In this document: positions 11,492 through 26,800 of the stretch, one piece after another
Layout: every line of letters starts with the position of its first letter
Position numbering within the stretch: position 1 is the stretch's first letter
NCBI RefSeq assembly: GCF_002113885.1
Contig: NW_018405678.1
Span: 301,466-365,465 of the forward strand
Reading direction: 5' to 3'
Length of the DNA: 64,000 bases
Source: Mizuhopecten yessoensis
Taxonomy: Eukaryota
Translations under genes and position numbers: made by a program
Notes under the pieces: model-generated
Seen by the model: the letters and a program-made list of their open reading frames with translations, nothing else
The model's database searches: none
Told to the model about the DNA's origin: nothing

Positions 11492-14400
11492 ATGTTGCTT
11501 AACCGAATCAGTTTGGTAGTATTCGTCTTCTATGCGTTGATAGTTTGTGGTCATTGCAAAGATGACTCTAACAAGAGGATTCTCCTGAATGATCCGAACT
11601 ATATCCAACAGCTTATAACCCACCTCCAGGGAGAGCTACAAACCCTCCAGGCCACGGTTCAAACACAGCATGGTGAACATCAGACCCTCCAGACTACGGT
11701 ACAAACACAACATGGTGAACTACAGACCCTCCAAAACACGGTACAGACACAACATGGTGAAATATCCTCTCTCAAAACACAACTTTCACAGGCAAACAAA
11801 GGTAAAGTACTTTACTATAAGTGAAGATAGACAGATATTTAAAGTGTGTGATTAAAAGAAGAAAAGTCCTAACTACGATTTACTCTTCAGCTGGAAAACG
11901 GTGTGCAGGTATATCATTTAGAGTGTGAATTGTATATGTGAAAGTAGTTACTAGTGTGTTAGTGTTAGCAACGACGTTACAAGATGGCGTTTCCTTTAGC
12001 AACGGTGCCGCCATTTTGTTGTTTTGACCTGCGGCGAGCGTGGTTTAAACCGATTATCGTTGACATAAAATTGATTATGAGCATGGTCACGTAGCCGCCA
12101 TGCGGTTGATCCTGGACCACGAAGCGATGACCCTTGTCAGTTTTCCTATCAGGTTTTCTGAATGTTTTAGTTTTGGGCTCAACAAAAGCCGTTAACTCGA
12201 TGACGTCATGAAAACGTACCCTCCATCTAAACGAGGTAATCAAACATATGCCGAAAACTACAAAACAAAAAAAGACACCACAAGATATCGGCACCGTTAC
12301 TAAGGATAATGCCATCTTGTTACGCCGCTGCTACCCGTTCCATCAAGACATATCAAACACTACTTGTACATACATTTGAAATAGAAATATCGTCTATATC
12401 ATGCTAAAATACCTACGGGTTTCTCACAGCAAATTAGTCTATTGAATTTGTTTCATTAAGGTGTAAAAAAAGTTGATGTCGGCCAGGTTGGATTTCGAAT
12501 CAATTCCAAAAAAACAAGAATTGCTCTGGACCATACACCAAACACTTCCATTTAATTTAAAAATTAGCTTAGATGAATGAAGTTCCAAGTAGATTTTCAA
12601 GATGGCCTCTAAAGCGGCCATATTGGATTTCAAAACAGCTCCAAATAACAAATATCAGTCTGAATATACATATGATATTCTCCATTCAATTCGGCCAAAT
12701 AAATCCAAATGAATAAGAACAGAAATTCACAAAAATCTTTTATCTATCATTTAAAATTTGACTTGCAGTTAAAAATATGTTTTCACCATCAGCCTACAGA
12801 CTAATTATAATAACCCTTATTCCATTGGTTATTCAGAATAAGCCGTTTAAATGTTTAAGCACAATTGACCTCTGTGACCTTGGAAAGTAGTAAAAACATA
12901 TCACTGGGACGAACTCAAAAGACTATAATATCGTAGTTCTAGTTTTTTATTCAAACAATTTGATTAGAATATAGTTGTACTATAAATGGCATATATTCGG
13001 TGTTTTGCCAATAGTCTTTTTGTTTTGTCTTGACACTTATCTAGCTTTTTGCCTTCATAATCATGACATGATATACATGTACTTTACTGTCACTCAGTAT
13101 TCTTTTCGATATATAATACAGAACGCGATTTCCCCTTTGTTATATAGTTGGTGGCGGATCCACGTTTGTTCGCTGGGGACGGACCGACTGTCCTGCCAAT
13201 CTGACGGAACTCGTATATTCTGGTAGGTTTGTAACTAAAATTACTCTATTCGTTTTGTTATTCAATTTGATAATTTTGACTATTTATGATTATTTTAAAT
13301 ACATTGTAGATTCAAACATTTTATAGCAAGCTGCGAGATAGGTAAACTTATGTATGTGCGTGATAAAAAACAACAAACAACAAGATAATACCGAAGTGTT
13401 AACAAAACTGAAATTAAACTGAAAATCAATTACACTAAGTAAAAATAATAACAGAAAAAAGAATTACGTAAAGTCACTTGAATATGTGGAAAATGATAAA
13501 ACTTCCGATGTCCTGCAAAGGTAAGCGTTTTCTTTTTCAGCGCCAACACCCGCTTGTTGAATCTAGGTCAAATCCAAATTATGTCACGTCCTGACAACTT
13601 CGGTTGTGACAACAATACAAGAAGTCGTACTGATGAGATTAACCAATAAAAAATATCGACTTTCATATCACACAAAGAAATGACATATTTTCAAATGATA
13701 TCATCATTGCCTATCCATAGTCTTTGTGAATCTGCATCTTTAAAAACCATGTATTTGTATGTTTGTCCGTCAGTCGTTGAAGTCTATCGTAGAAAGCAAT
13801 GATAATCCGAGCAAGTTCTTGAATACTGAATCAACAGCGACATGTAAACATCGAAAGCTAAGAAAGGAAGGATGTTGCTATCAAGAAACGGAAACTTAAC
13901 TATAGGAAAATCGAAATTGTCTGCATTTGTATAACTTAGCTGTAAACCGTCCTTTTTGATGTAATAAAGTTGTAATAAAAGATCGAGGAAAGCGTTTGGA
14001 GTAGAAGAGAATGTTTAAGATCGACTTGTTCAATGAATTGTTTTACTTAAAAAAACACATTATTGATATATGTGAAAGTGAAAATGAAGGATTTGGTTAG
14101 ATTTGTCTAACCAGTACTGATAAGGCCATCATCATCAATGCATTGAGCCTGAAATGAAAACAAAAACAAGTCGACTAGGTGAGTGGCACTGTTTGTTCCC
14201 ACAGGAATACCTACAGTCTGCTGGGAAAGTTTGCTTCTGAACACGACATAATATTGTCATCCTAGAACTGTAAGAACTCAATCATTCTCATAATTTCGTC
14301 TTCAGTGCTTTTCATTTTGGCATTTGTTCTTTTGTTTTGTTTTTGTAAACACATGATGGCTTCAAATATAATTTGCACATCCTATTTATATCGCCGATTG

Positions 14401-16159
14401 TCTTTCTTGAAAAAGAAAGCTGTCTTTATAGGTTAACAAAGGCGTTGTCTTCGCTCAATTTATATGCTTAATAAGCTATCTCGCAGCTTCCAGTTAAGAA
14501 AAAAAATATATGGTAAAACATATAGGTATATCCTTTAGTCAAGACAATTTGTCGAACATAGTCAGAGCAGAATTTTATATACATTGATGCTCAAATATTG
14601 GAGACGGCAAGGTCTACCACCGTCGATCCTGATTATTAAGAAAGAGATTCATCAATTTGGTATAGATTATTGTTAAGTTAGTTTTGAACACAACCATCAA
14701 TAAATAACGCTTTCGAAAGTGTTTTCCTTGTCAAACAAATAGTGCAAATGACCGGTGTCTCAACTCTGAACCGCCGAAACAACTCATTATGCCACATTTT
14801 GCCAAGTCAGTAAAACTTATTAATAATCAAAACTTTAACGATGTTAATATGCAAATTTGGTCGGGAGTGTCCGTCCTTGCGCACAGGGACTTGTTCTTAT
14901 ATACCGAAGAGTATGAAATGTATAAATGATGATATGATGTGGATCTAAACTGTTTCAAACTGTTATGACCACGAAAGTAAGTCCGTAGTAGTTGGTCCTT
15001 ATTCCTGGACAAATCCTGGTATCATGCATTTTTTCTCTCTTCATATCTAGCAATAGAATATGAAGTTATAGCAATTCCAAGTTATGACTTAATGCCCCTA
15101 TTGGACTATTCCTTTGGGATAAGAACAGTCGAGATAGCAAACTCTGGTAGCACGAATGCATTGTCTAATGATTACAAGTATATATATATATGGAACTAGG
15201 ATGGGGATCTATACCGTTGAATGTAGGCCCCGCCCCTCTACCTCTACATGGTTCTCATCCTCAATGTATACAACATTGTTCCCTATGACACAACTGTTCG
15301 AATCAAACATGATTTAAATACGTGCATTCATATGGATTGTTGGGGATTTTAAGAATTTACCTGTATTGCACCTCTGCCCCTTGTTTATACAAGTTCAAGT
15401 CCAGTTTAACCAACAATGTTCCACACTTAATTAAATAATATCCAGTTAGTCGTTCTGAACTAGAGGCGTTTTGAAAGAAACGATGACAAAGGAACCAAAG
15501 GAACGTTGATAGATGCCTTAAAGCAAAACATAAAAAGGGATCAAGAAAAAAAGACAAGGTAAGAGATCAATGCTAATGGGTTCTTTGCTTTTGTTTTAGA
15601 TTTTTTCATCCAACTACACATTTTTCCTTTAAAAAAGCTGGCGTACTTATAAAAAGGAACCTATTTATTGTTAGGTTATGCAGGAGGTTCCTGGTATGGC
15701 CACACTGGCGCTGCAGTTGACTATCTTTGCCTGCCACGTGATCCAGAATGGTTACAGACAACAGTTGTACCGGATGATTACACAGGGAGGCTCTATGGGG
15801 CAGAGTACGAATCTAACACCGGACATACTCTATTCGGGCCTCAATCACGAGATGAAGAGGTTCCCTGTGCCGTCTGTAGATCTACGTCTTTTGTCTCCTC
15901 TGTGATGATACCGGCGAGGACGACCTGCTACAGCGGCTGGACGAAGGCGTTCAGTGGGTCACTTGCGGCAGGGTACTATGGACACATAGCTGCTTCTCAG
16001 TACGTGTGTGTAGACGAGAACGCACATCCTCTCGCTGGAGGGGCTGATAGAAACGACAATGGTATATTGTTTCTTGGCGTCAAAGCTTTTTGTGGTTCTC
16101 TTCGATGTCCTCCGTACGAGCAAGACAAATTTATATCTTGTGTAGTTTGTATGAAATAA
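11492..16159 (+). CDS. Secreted coiled-coil + short-chain collagen C4-like domain protein, copy 2 (289 aa, 3 exons)
   Basis: Exons 11492-11801, 13148-13222, 15675-16159; GT-AG, phase 1/1; 870 nt open frame. Paralog of copy 1 with a longer neck (TVQTQHGE repeats). Confidence 0.88.
13560..14300 (-). mobile_element. Penelope-like retroelement RT remnant in intron 2 of copy 2
   Basis: Minus-strand translations QQTVGIPVGTNSATHLVDLFL (about 14165-14225) and a frameshifted NFDFPIV.FPFLDSNI..IQYSRTCS (about 13805-13930) match PLE RT motifs (GIPMGTNCAPLLADLFL; DDFNFPIVNFPFL.SNIP). Confidence 0.7.
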
Positions 16160-17167
16160 ATATTAAAAAACAAATGTTATCCTGTATTTTTATGAAATAA
16201 ACAACACCACGAAAGATGTCTTGAAGATTTCATAACAAATATTTGTATTTTCTCTCGTATTTTTCTTTTTGTAATCTTCCACGCAGCAGATGACCACTAA
16301 TCATAAAGGATCTCAACAATTGTCTCTATCAAAATATCGGTTCACTCATTCACCCTGAACACTCATTTGCACTCTTCCAGTTCAAAGGTTGGAATAGCTC
16401 ATTATGAAGTTTTAGGAGTGAATGAGTTAAAGTTGACAAATTTTATCACTTAAGTATTTTAATTTCTGTATATTCATTTGTAAAATTTGGCAATGCAGCA
16501 TAATAGTCTTTGCAATTCCATTGAAACAATTAAAGTGAGGTGATGGTACTGCTAGATTCATTAGATTAGAATCAGTCAACATATTTGATTTTAATTTTAA
16601 TCTTGAAAGTTGAGTTGATAGTCTTGATATTAACGAGGCCATGATCTCAACCATCTATAGTTGTTAGTTAATTGAAAGTTTATTTACACATTTGACTCCT
16701 TACCTTGCAATTTGGTCAAGGTCGTTTGTGTTTTCAAACTTGCTAGCCCTTAACTTGACCACGTCTCTGAAAACATTAAGATCCTAAGCCGAGTTTGTTT
16801 AAATAGCTTAATTGTTCTTACTGTACATACGGAATGAGCTTATGTCAGCCATTTTTACTGAAGTGATAGCCCTTTACTCAAGCATTGGAATGGTCAAATA
16901 TTTTTCCTCAGCACCTTAGTTTCTTAACAGTTTCTGTATAATTGGCTGATAAGACATGACAAAAGTGACATGGACTTTTGAGATTTGGACCTCAAAAAGC
17001 TATCCCAAGCTAGGATTTCTGATAACAGTGTACACGCTTTATTGTCCAACATGAATTGGGCTGACTCCCTATTGTTTTCTACAGCAAATGATATTGACTT
17101 TTGAAATTCTGATTAAAAACAGTCACAAGCAACCGCTTTCCAGATGAAGCAGTGCATGAAAATAAAT

Positions 17168-17585
17168 GGACAGATTGGTCGAGTGGTTAACATGGAATAT
17201 TCAGAGAAAGTGTTTTTCTCCTGCCCACACAACTCCAACAATCCAGTTTGAGTATAAAATGGTTTGGGGTTGGTGTTGCGGTATCGATGCTGTAGCATTC
17301 AAGTGAGGAGGCACTATTAATTGTGCTGCTGGAAGCACAGTCCTAATACAAACAGAACACAATACATATCCAGCACACACACAGGCATACACTCATTGGT
17401 AGATATTAGCCAGGTGAAATAGGACTAGTAGTTATCGCCTGATAAGGCAGCTCCTGCGAATTCGACAAAATTGTATTGATTAATGTATATGCTAATTGTG
17501 TTCATTGTTGATCTATGTACTGTAAAGTGCTTTAGAGTGGCTTATTCTAGCTAGATAGGGCGCTATATCAAATGTTTAATATTAG
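17168..17585 (+). mobile_element. Degenerate tRNA-derived SINE (Meta-type central motif, LINE-derived tail)
   Basis: A-box TGGTCGAGTGG; central GCATTCAAGTGAGGAGGCACTATT; 3' tail GTAAAGTGCTTTAGAG...GGGCGCTATATCAAATG; present only in unit 2. Confidence 0.5.
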
Positions 17586-18215
17586 TATACCCCCGCAACG
17601 AAGTTAGGGTTTGGGTATACTGGAATAACCCTGTCTGTCGTCCACAGTCACTTGCCCGAAACACTCATCCTTAACTAACAGGCGGATTTCATTTAAACCT
17701 TTCATGAACGATCGTTATTTTTTGTTGTTGGAATCTTTTTGATGGAGNGTGCGCATTACTTTTCCGCAAAACTCCTCCTCTTTAACTAACAGGTTGATTG
17801 GTATCTTATGTAGTTGTGCACAAGCATTTTAATTTTTGGATATCGACCCTTTTGATTGAGGTATGCCCCTTAGGCGAAACACTTGTCCGTGCAACTCCTC
17901 CTTAACACATAGGTGGATTTCATTGGAACTTTTCATGAATGATCGGTATCTTTTGTTGTTGTGCATCGGCATTTTAATTTGGGATTTCGACTCTTTTGAT
18001 GGAGTTATGCCTCTTTGGTAGAAAGACTTGTCAGTACAACTCCTCTTTAACTAACATGTGGATTTCATTGAAATTTTGCATGAACGATCGGTATCTTATG
18101 CAGTTGTTAATCGGCATTTTAATTTGGGATTTTGACCCTTTGTGATGGAGGTATGCCCCTTTGTGCAGATACTTAATACTGGTGGGAGACTATGGATTGC
18201 TTTGCAATGCTTTGC
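17586..18215 (+). mobile_element. HINE / non-autonomous Helentron with internal ~146-bp tandem repeats
   Basis: 5' TATACCCCCGCAACGAAGTT..GGGTATAC followed by GTCTGTC; repeated AACTCCTCCTTAAC..GGATTTCATT units; 3' GGGAGACTATGGATTGCTTTGCAATG hairpin. Confidence 0.7.
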
Positions 18216-21120
18216 TTTAGTAAGCCTTTAACTTACAGTTCTGGTTTAAATAGCAGCAGGTGTATTAGTTAGCCTTTGGCTTACAGTTCTAGTTATTGAG
18301 TGGCAACCAATAAAACATACAAAGCAAGCACTTTTTAAGGGAGTAATGTATGTATTTAGTTTGAGCGCTATCAGCCAATGAAAACTTCAGATGTACTTAG
18401 CTTCTCAGCCTCTAGGCGGGTCATCCTCTCTATTTGTATAAGTTCTGTAACCCATAAGCTAAAGGATTCTACCACTACATTTAGGCTAAAACCTCTCCAG
18501 TAGTTTGGAAATAAATGTCATTTAATGTCTTTCTCAATGATTTGATTATCATATTTTCGTAAAAGGTATGATCACTCTTTATAACATTACATATTTGATT
18601 TGAAGAAAGAATTTGAACACCTTTAGGGATTGTCAGACTATTCTCTATAGAGAAACGCCTTTTAAGCCTTCAAATTTCCTTGTAATGTTTCTGTTACCTG
18701 CAAATGTAGAACCATAAAAAGCAGTGACAAAAGTTTCAAAAACAAATAAGGTTTTATAAAGATTTTATTTCAGAATGAAATATATACATCAAATGATCTC
18801 GTATCAACCATAATTTACAAAAGTATCTATACAATTCCATTCACGTGGAAGCAGCAGAATGATAAAATTATAGTGTTAATTGGTCAACTGTATCTTTGCT
18901 TAAGGAGACATAAAGCTGACAGTGCAAGTTAAAAAGCTTCTAATTGAGATTTGATTTTTTTTAAATGTTATTTCTGGTGCCGACATTTTAGTTTGGTCTT
19001 GCTTGGTAACGAATATTGGTCATTTGTTAGGGTGCAATAGGTACACAAGGTCACAAAACTTTACTATATATATATAACACTATCACGCACGATGTTTTAC
19101 CGACATTTTGTATCAGATCAGTTGAATAAAACTGAAATTGAACACATCGAATATATCATTTATCCAAGAAAAGTGAAAATAGTAGTATAATACGACCAAC
19201 TAAAATATCAAAATATCTAATGCACTAATTCCAATCTTTTCCATGAAAACGGTTCAATTATCAAGTTCGCATTGTTGACTTCACACCTGGCAGTGTCGCA
19301 TTTTGCAAGTGTTTTTCTAGTAAAGGGTCTACACGACGAAGACTACGAGTTCATAATAAAGTTATTATTAAGGAGTCATCTGCAAATTGTCCAAGTTTAT
19401 AATTATTGTGATGTATCTGAATACCCTTGATATTTGTATTGTTTTCCCCCGTGTTATATAGTATATATATGAACCAAACAATGTGATGATTATAGTGTAA
19501 GGGAGGTAACAATTGCTTTATAGAAATTCACATAGAGAATATATACATTTTATATAGTATATACATGAACCAAACAATGTGATGATTATAGTGTAAGGGA
19601 GGTAATACTTTGTACTATGTTTGTGAACATCCCAGGAAGGAGATGAGTAATGAACGAGAATAATAAGAGAGACAGAAGACGAATGGCGTGGTTTATACTT
19701 CCTCCGAAATAAGCGAGCCCCAACATATTTAACCCATAACACCTGAATAGTTAGTACATTGCAACTAGTAAGAATAGATACAGTGAGACGGGATCTCCTT
19801 TTCGGCATCCCAATTTTATATTTAAGTTCGACAATATATAATTTTGAGTTATATCCATCTTAGCCCGAGTTTCCTCTGGCCCTAACACCAGAACACTGCA
19901 TCACAGTTTGGGGTCTATATATATTGGCTACGATTAAAGGGTTTGAGTTCTTAAATTAGATTTGAATATACAATAATTTCATGCCCTCTACCTCCATGTC
20001 TTTACGTCTGATAAACGGTGTATTGTTCTCTATATATGTCGCTACACCACCATGCCGTTTTCCATGCGGCCTGTCCAATCGTTCCAGCTGATAATTATTT
20101 ATATTAACATCTCTTTCTTCTTCAGATAAGTAAACTCGGACTGCATATAAATTTCCTTTGTACAGCATTTAAACACTATTTATGATGTTATTATAAGGAT
20201 TGACCTTCGTTTTGACGGCGTAAACGGTAGTATGAACGCAGTTGACAACGGATTATAGAATATGTTCGTTGCCAACTGCGTTCATACGACCGTATAACGT
20301 CACTTATGTCCGAAAATAACCAGATTCTTGGGAACACAAAATATCCAACTGCTAACGTGCGACGTGGAAGGATATTTCTTACAATGTATTGTAAATTCTC
20401 CGTATGTTCTACGAACACATCTTTAAACCAGGAGGTAACGAAAATAATGAATGTTCATTTTCCTCAATATTACCGTACNCATTCATTTAGAGAATATCTA
20501 CATTTTATATAGTATATATATGAACCAAACAATGTGATGATTATAGTGTAGGGAAGGTATTGCTTTTTACTATGTAAACTCTCCAGGAAGGAGATGAGAA
20601 AAGAACGAGAATAAAAAGAGAGACAGACGACGAATGGCGTGGTTTATATTTCCTCCGAAATAAGCGAGCCCCAACACATTTAACCCATAACACCTGAATA
20701 GTTAGTATTTCAGCCTAGTGGATTGCAAACTATAGCAAGAAAAGATACAGTGAGACGGGACCTCCTTTTCGGCATCCCAATTTTATGTTTAAGTTCAACA
20801 ATATATAATTTTGAGTTATATCCCTATTAGCCCGAGTTTCCTCTGGCCCTAATACCTGAACACTGCATCACAGTTTGGGGGTCTGTATATATTGTCTACG
20901 AGTAAAGGGTTTGAGTTCTTAAATTAGATTTGGATATACAATATTTCCATGCTCTCTACCGCCATGTATCTACATCTTATAAACGGTGTATTGTTCTCTA
21001 TATATGTCGCTACACCACAATGTCGTTTTCCATTCGGCCTGTCCAATCGTTCCAGCTGATAATTATTTATATTTACATATCTTCCTTCTTCAGATAAGTA
21101 AACTCGTACTGGGTATACAT

Positions 21121-21626
21121 TAGTATACGCAATGAAAAAGGGCTCGGCGGATTGATACCTGCTTCAAAAATGGCGCCGTTCACGCTTCAGTGAGATAACT
21201 GTTCGATGACAGCCATTGTTTGGTTCCTTCAACATCTAGAAACATTGCACATATTTGAAATCCATTTTGTCAAATAATTCAACAATTTTATGCTGGCAAA
21301 CTTCTTATTCCGTGGATGCATATTCAAAATTCTTTGACGGTAAAGTAAACAATGGCGGCTTCTTTTTTGCGAAGTTCGACTGCGTAACCACCAGAGCGGT
21401 GTGTCAATGCATGGACCTAACGACCTTTATAAATGAATAAATATGTCCGAAATGCTACTTATGTTATTAAATTAAAACTTTAAGCGATAAAAAGAAGAAA
21501 AATAGTGTTGTTTACTGCGTATTTTCTAAATTTACCCATATATCGATGTAGATTCACTGGAACTATATTATCCTAGCAAACACGGTTACTCTATTTAACA
21601 TCGTAGTAACTCGCTTTGAATGTCTT
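21121..21626. mobile_element. ~505-bp unclassified insertion splitting the LINE endonuclease fragment
   Basis: Flanks TATACAT|..|TTCCTTTGT are contiguous in paralogous copies (about 9703-9719). Confidence 0.55.
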
Positions 21627-23819
21627 TTCCTTTGTATAGCATTTGACAACTATTTATGATGTAATTATAAGGATTGACTTTCGTTTTAACGGCGTAAACG
21701 GTAGTATGAACTCAGTTTGCAACAGATTATAGAATATGTTCGTTGTCATCTGCGTTCATACGACCGTATACGCCGTCGAAATGCAGGCCAATCCTGAAAT
21801 GTACACCTCATCGTCACTTATGTCCGAGCATAACCAGATTCCTGTGAACACAAAATATCTAACTGCTAACATGTGACGTGGAAGGATACTTCTTACAATG
21901 TAAATACTCCGTATGTTCTACGAACACATCTTTAAACCAGCAGGTAACGAAAATAATGAATGTTCATTTTCCTCAATATTACCGTAGTACATATGTGCCA
22001 GTTATGCTAATTGTGCATTTCCAGAACATGTTAAGAATACAAACATTTATGATAGTCACACAATTAAATATCACAGAATGTAAAAGCTATTTGAATCATG
22101 TATCACCGTATAATTATATCGGGTAATTCTTCTTAAAACATCTACACTGCATGCATTTCTAACATTGCTGTTTAGTCCATTCCTCAATACAGAGCATTTA
22201 TAGGTAAAAGATCTCTTAAAATAGTAGTTTGTTCTGGCTAACGGTACATACCGCTTCTCTGAAGATGATGCTCTTGTAAATCTAGCAGTGACCTCATTTA
22301 CATAAGATTACATATTGTATAAAACACATGGAATATCAGTTTAAAATTTTGTCAAAACCGCTTTTCTAAAATCATATAAGTCAAACACAAGCATCCATCG
22401 TATGATTTAAAAGGTGAACAAGTAGGAGTTAAGATATTTCTAACATCGAGTAAAGTTCTAGCGGCTCGATTCTGAAGTTTAAAAATATTATCAATATATA
22501 TACTTTATTACTTGGAGTGCTCAACATCGATGAGCAATAGATAAAATGCGTTAACACAATAGTGTTGTATACCTTAGAAGAATTTCATTATACATAAAAT
22601 GTCTAAGTCGTCAAACAACACCAATCTGTTTTGACAACCTTTCCATGATAAAAAATTATCACTAAAGACACCTAGAAGTTTGGCCCGTATAACAGTTTCA
22701 ATGGTAAAATCATCAATCTTAACTACAGGATCACTACATTTAGCAAGTTTTTGTACAGTTGTGTTATTTTTTCTTCCAACAGTTCAACAGTCTTATTTCT
22801 GACATCCTGGGAAGTACATCAGCATACATGATAGCTGTTGCATGCTTTAGACACTTTGGATAATCATTTATATTTAATATTAACATCAGTGGTCCCAAAA
22901 TTGAGCCCTGTGGGACACCAATATTTATTGATAGAAAGTCGAACTAAATATTTCCGAAACTTACAGCCTGTGTCCTCTAAGAGAGATAAGACTCCAAAAT
23001 TGCAGAGCTGACTGAGAGACACCATGTGCATACAGCTTGTGTAAAATTACCTTCTGATTTGCCGTATCAAAGGCCTTACGAAGGTCAATAAAAAGGACAC
23101 CCTTAAGATAGCCCTTATCAAAATCACTTAGAAGTACTGTTTCAGTAGAATGATGTGGTCTAAAACCAAAATGACAGTCACCTATTAGTTTGTCCGTACA
23201 TGTTCATCTTGCAAGTGACAAATTAACTTCGTAAAGCTGTTGAAACTTACGCAAACAACTGTACTTCATTTATTTGATTATTCCTTTTGTCTATAATAGA
23301 GATAATGGGAATATACCCTTAAAACACAATAGCTGACTTTTGGATTTGTTTTCTGCATTGTTTGGAATAATATTTGTATTATCAATATCATTTTTTTAGT
23401 GTTGATGTCCCTTTAATACTCTTTGAATAGTGGCAGATAAATTGGAAATTACTTTAATCTGCGATTTCCTTTCGTTCAAATTTGCAAGTAGGATCGATCA
23501 TCTAAGGATGTATATCGCGAATATTCATTGAGCCACAATTAAAGCTATTGATGTACTTTTTTCTTTCGTAAATTCAAATCTTCGTGAATACGTTGTTGGG
23601 AGAACAATCGCTAAAATAAATGTTTACAAAAACAAGCGTCCCACAGTATATAACTTTTCTATCGTAAACAAGATTCGTGGGATTTTTTCTTTGTTACACC
23701 CAAAGTTGCACACCTATGCACTGACCCATTTTTGACGTAGTGTCAGTTCCTGAATGATAACCTTTGCACGAATTGTTGTTGCCATTTTGTTAGCTAAAGG
23801 GAATCGGTATAGACGTAAA

Positions 23820-26800
23820 ATGGTGCTTAACCGTATCCGAATCAGTTTAGTAGTATTCGTCTTCTATGTGTTCATAGTTTGTGGTCATTGCAAACATGAC
23901 TCTAACAAAAGGATTCTCCTGAATGACCCAGACTACATCCACCAGCTTATAACCCACCTCCAGGGAGAGTTACAGACCCTCCAGGTCACGGTAGAGACAC
24001 AAACTGGTGAAATATTCTCTCTAAAAACCCAACTTTCACAGTCAAACAACGGTAAGCTACTTAATTACTATAATTGAAGATAGACAGATAATATGTTGAA
24101 TTTTAAAGTGTGTCATAAAAAAGAAAAGTCCTAACCATACTATTTGCTCTTCAGCTTGGCGAAGGTGTGCACGTATATCGTTAAGAGTCTGGATTGTATA
24201 TGTAAACGTAGTAATTATGTGTCTTGGTGCGTGTGTGTGTGTGTGCTAATATCCCTTAGCAACGGAGTTGCCATCTGGTTATTTTGACCTGCGTCGAGCG
24301 TGCATGGGTTAACCCGCTTATCGTTGACTTCATTGATTATGGCCCTGGTCGCGTATACGACATGCGTGTGATCCTTGGCCACGAAGCGGTGACACCTGTC
24401 AGTTTTTCTATCGGGTTTTCTGAGGTACTTTTATTTTTCGGCTCAACAAAAGTAAAACAACGCGATGACGTCATGAAAAGTTACTCTCCGTATCAAATTA
24501 AAAAATCTCAGTTAAACCTGAAAGTAAAACTGACCAGGATCAAGATGGCGGCACCGTTGCTAAGGAAAACGCCATCTTGCAGCGCCGTTGCTCCCCCTCG
24601 TTGACTTCATTGATTATGGCCCTGGTCGCGTATCCGACATGCGCGTGATCCTTGGCCACGAAGCGGTGACCCCATTTCCATTTGCAGCAGAAACTCAGCA
24701 AAATTGGTCTATCAAAATATTATTTTAAGTTTAAAAAGCGTACTTATGTCTGTCAGATTGAATTTCAAATCAATTTTCTAAGTAACAAGAATTGCTCTGG
24801 ATCAAAAACTCCAATTTAATTTTATTGAAATCGGTGCAGATACATTGGAGTTTAAGTTCCAAGAAGATTTTCAAGATGGCGTCTATATAGCGGCTATATT
24901 GGATTTCAATCAGCGCTAAAATAACAAGTATCTGTCTGAATATAGACATGATTTATTTCCCCATTCAATCGGCGAAACAAATCCAAAGGAATTGGAACAA
25001 TAATTAAAAACAAAAATCATACACCGATCATTAATCTATAACATGTCAGCGAAATCGGTCCTGAGTTGACGTTGAAATATATTTTTAATATTGCTACAAT
25101 TACTGTGCTATTGGATTTCAAATTTGCTTTAACACTACAAGATCTGGTCTGCATTCGAGCTTATAAAATAAATTTTAAAAATGATGTCCTTTACGGTCAT
25201 TCTGGAATTCTGATCGGTTCTAAAACTACAAAGTCCAGTCACTACTATGTCATTATCATTCCAAATACAGTTCAGCCTAATGAGCTCAATAGAAATTATG
25301 TTAAAGGGGGAAAAAATTAAGATGGATACCATGGAGTCCATATCTAATTTTAATTTTAAATACTTAATTTCTATAGTTACAAGAGCAAATCTAAGCCACA
25401 CATCACATTCCAATTATTTTCAAATACATTTCAGCTAAATTGGTTTAGCAGAATTGAGTTAAAACTCGAAATATATTCTCAAGACAGCTGCCATGGCGGC
25501 CATATTAAAAAGTTTTTTTGAATATACATGAAAGTTTAAAACCTTAAAAATAAGAACTTAAAGATAAATAAAATACACAAATCAAGAGACATGTATTATT
25601 TAAAAAAAATAAAAAAATAAAAAAAATATTCATTGCAGGATATATTAATTCATAAATCTATATTAAATTTTGAATGATCAGTTGATGCATGTACTACCAC
25701 ACTCTGTTGTAATAAGGAACCATTCAAATCCATTTTGCGTTCAAACCATTGAAACAAGAGACCCAATCGGCCTGTATCAACCCGCATCTATGACAATTAA
25801 ATAGGTCTTGGTCAAACTTAAATAGGTTAAAGTATGGTACTTTACAAATTATCAGTATTTTTGGGAGATTGTATTACCTGGTAGACTACACTTTATAACA
25901 ATTTATAGGAAGGCTTTAACTTACTGTAATAATCTGATCTTCAAAGATGGTTTAGGTCATTCATTCAAATCTCACTGTAACAATATAATAGCAATTTACA
26001 CCATTAACATACAGACCAATTGGAATAACACCTATGTGACCTTGGAATTGAGTAAAAAAGTATCACTGGAAACAACTTCAAAGACTATAATATTTTACTT
26101 TTACTTTTTCATTCAAACAATTTGATCCTTTTTCGGTGTTTTGGCTATAGCCTATTTGTTTTGTCTTAACACTTTGAACTATCCAGCTTTTTGCCTACAT
26201 AATTATGACATGAATGTTTAAAACACTTACTCGCTATATACATGTGCATAAATGTCACTCAGTATTCTTTTCCATATATAATCAGAACACGATTTCTCAT
26301 TTGTTATAGTCGGTGGGGGATCCACGTTTGTTCGCTGGGGACGGACCGACTGTCCTGCCAATCTGACGGAACTCGTATATTCTGGTAAGTTTGTAACCCT
26401 ATAACCTAAGGACAGGAGTGTCTTGTCTCTTCATCCCTAGCAAGTTTAAACCAAGATATAAGATGAGAACGTTAACTGCTTCGATGTTATGACACAGGGA
26501 GTGAGTACTAAGGTGCGAGATACGAGTCTAGTCCTAACAACACTAGTATGTATATACATTATGTATGATGATGTGATGGGGATTTGAACAGTTTATAAGT
26601 TATACCCCAGGAAGTAAGTCCGTGTTTGGTTTGGTAGAAATGTTTTGTCTCTTCATGCCTGCCAAGCAATAATATATGTAGTAATAGGGTGGAAATCCTG
26701 AGTCATTTAGGTAATGACCTGATTTCCCTATTATACCCCTTTCCTTTGGATGGGAACAGACGCTAGAGCAATTTGTGGTAGCATAAATGTATTGTCTAAT

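Noticed and set aside
23754-23819. Upstream in-frame ATG extending copy 3
   Set aside because: Not present in copies 1 or 2; the orthologous start with AAAATG context is 23820.
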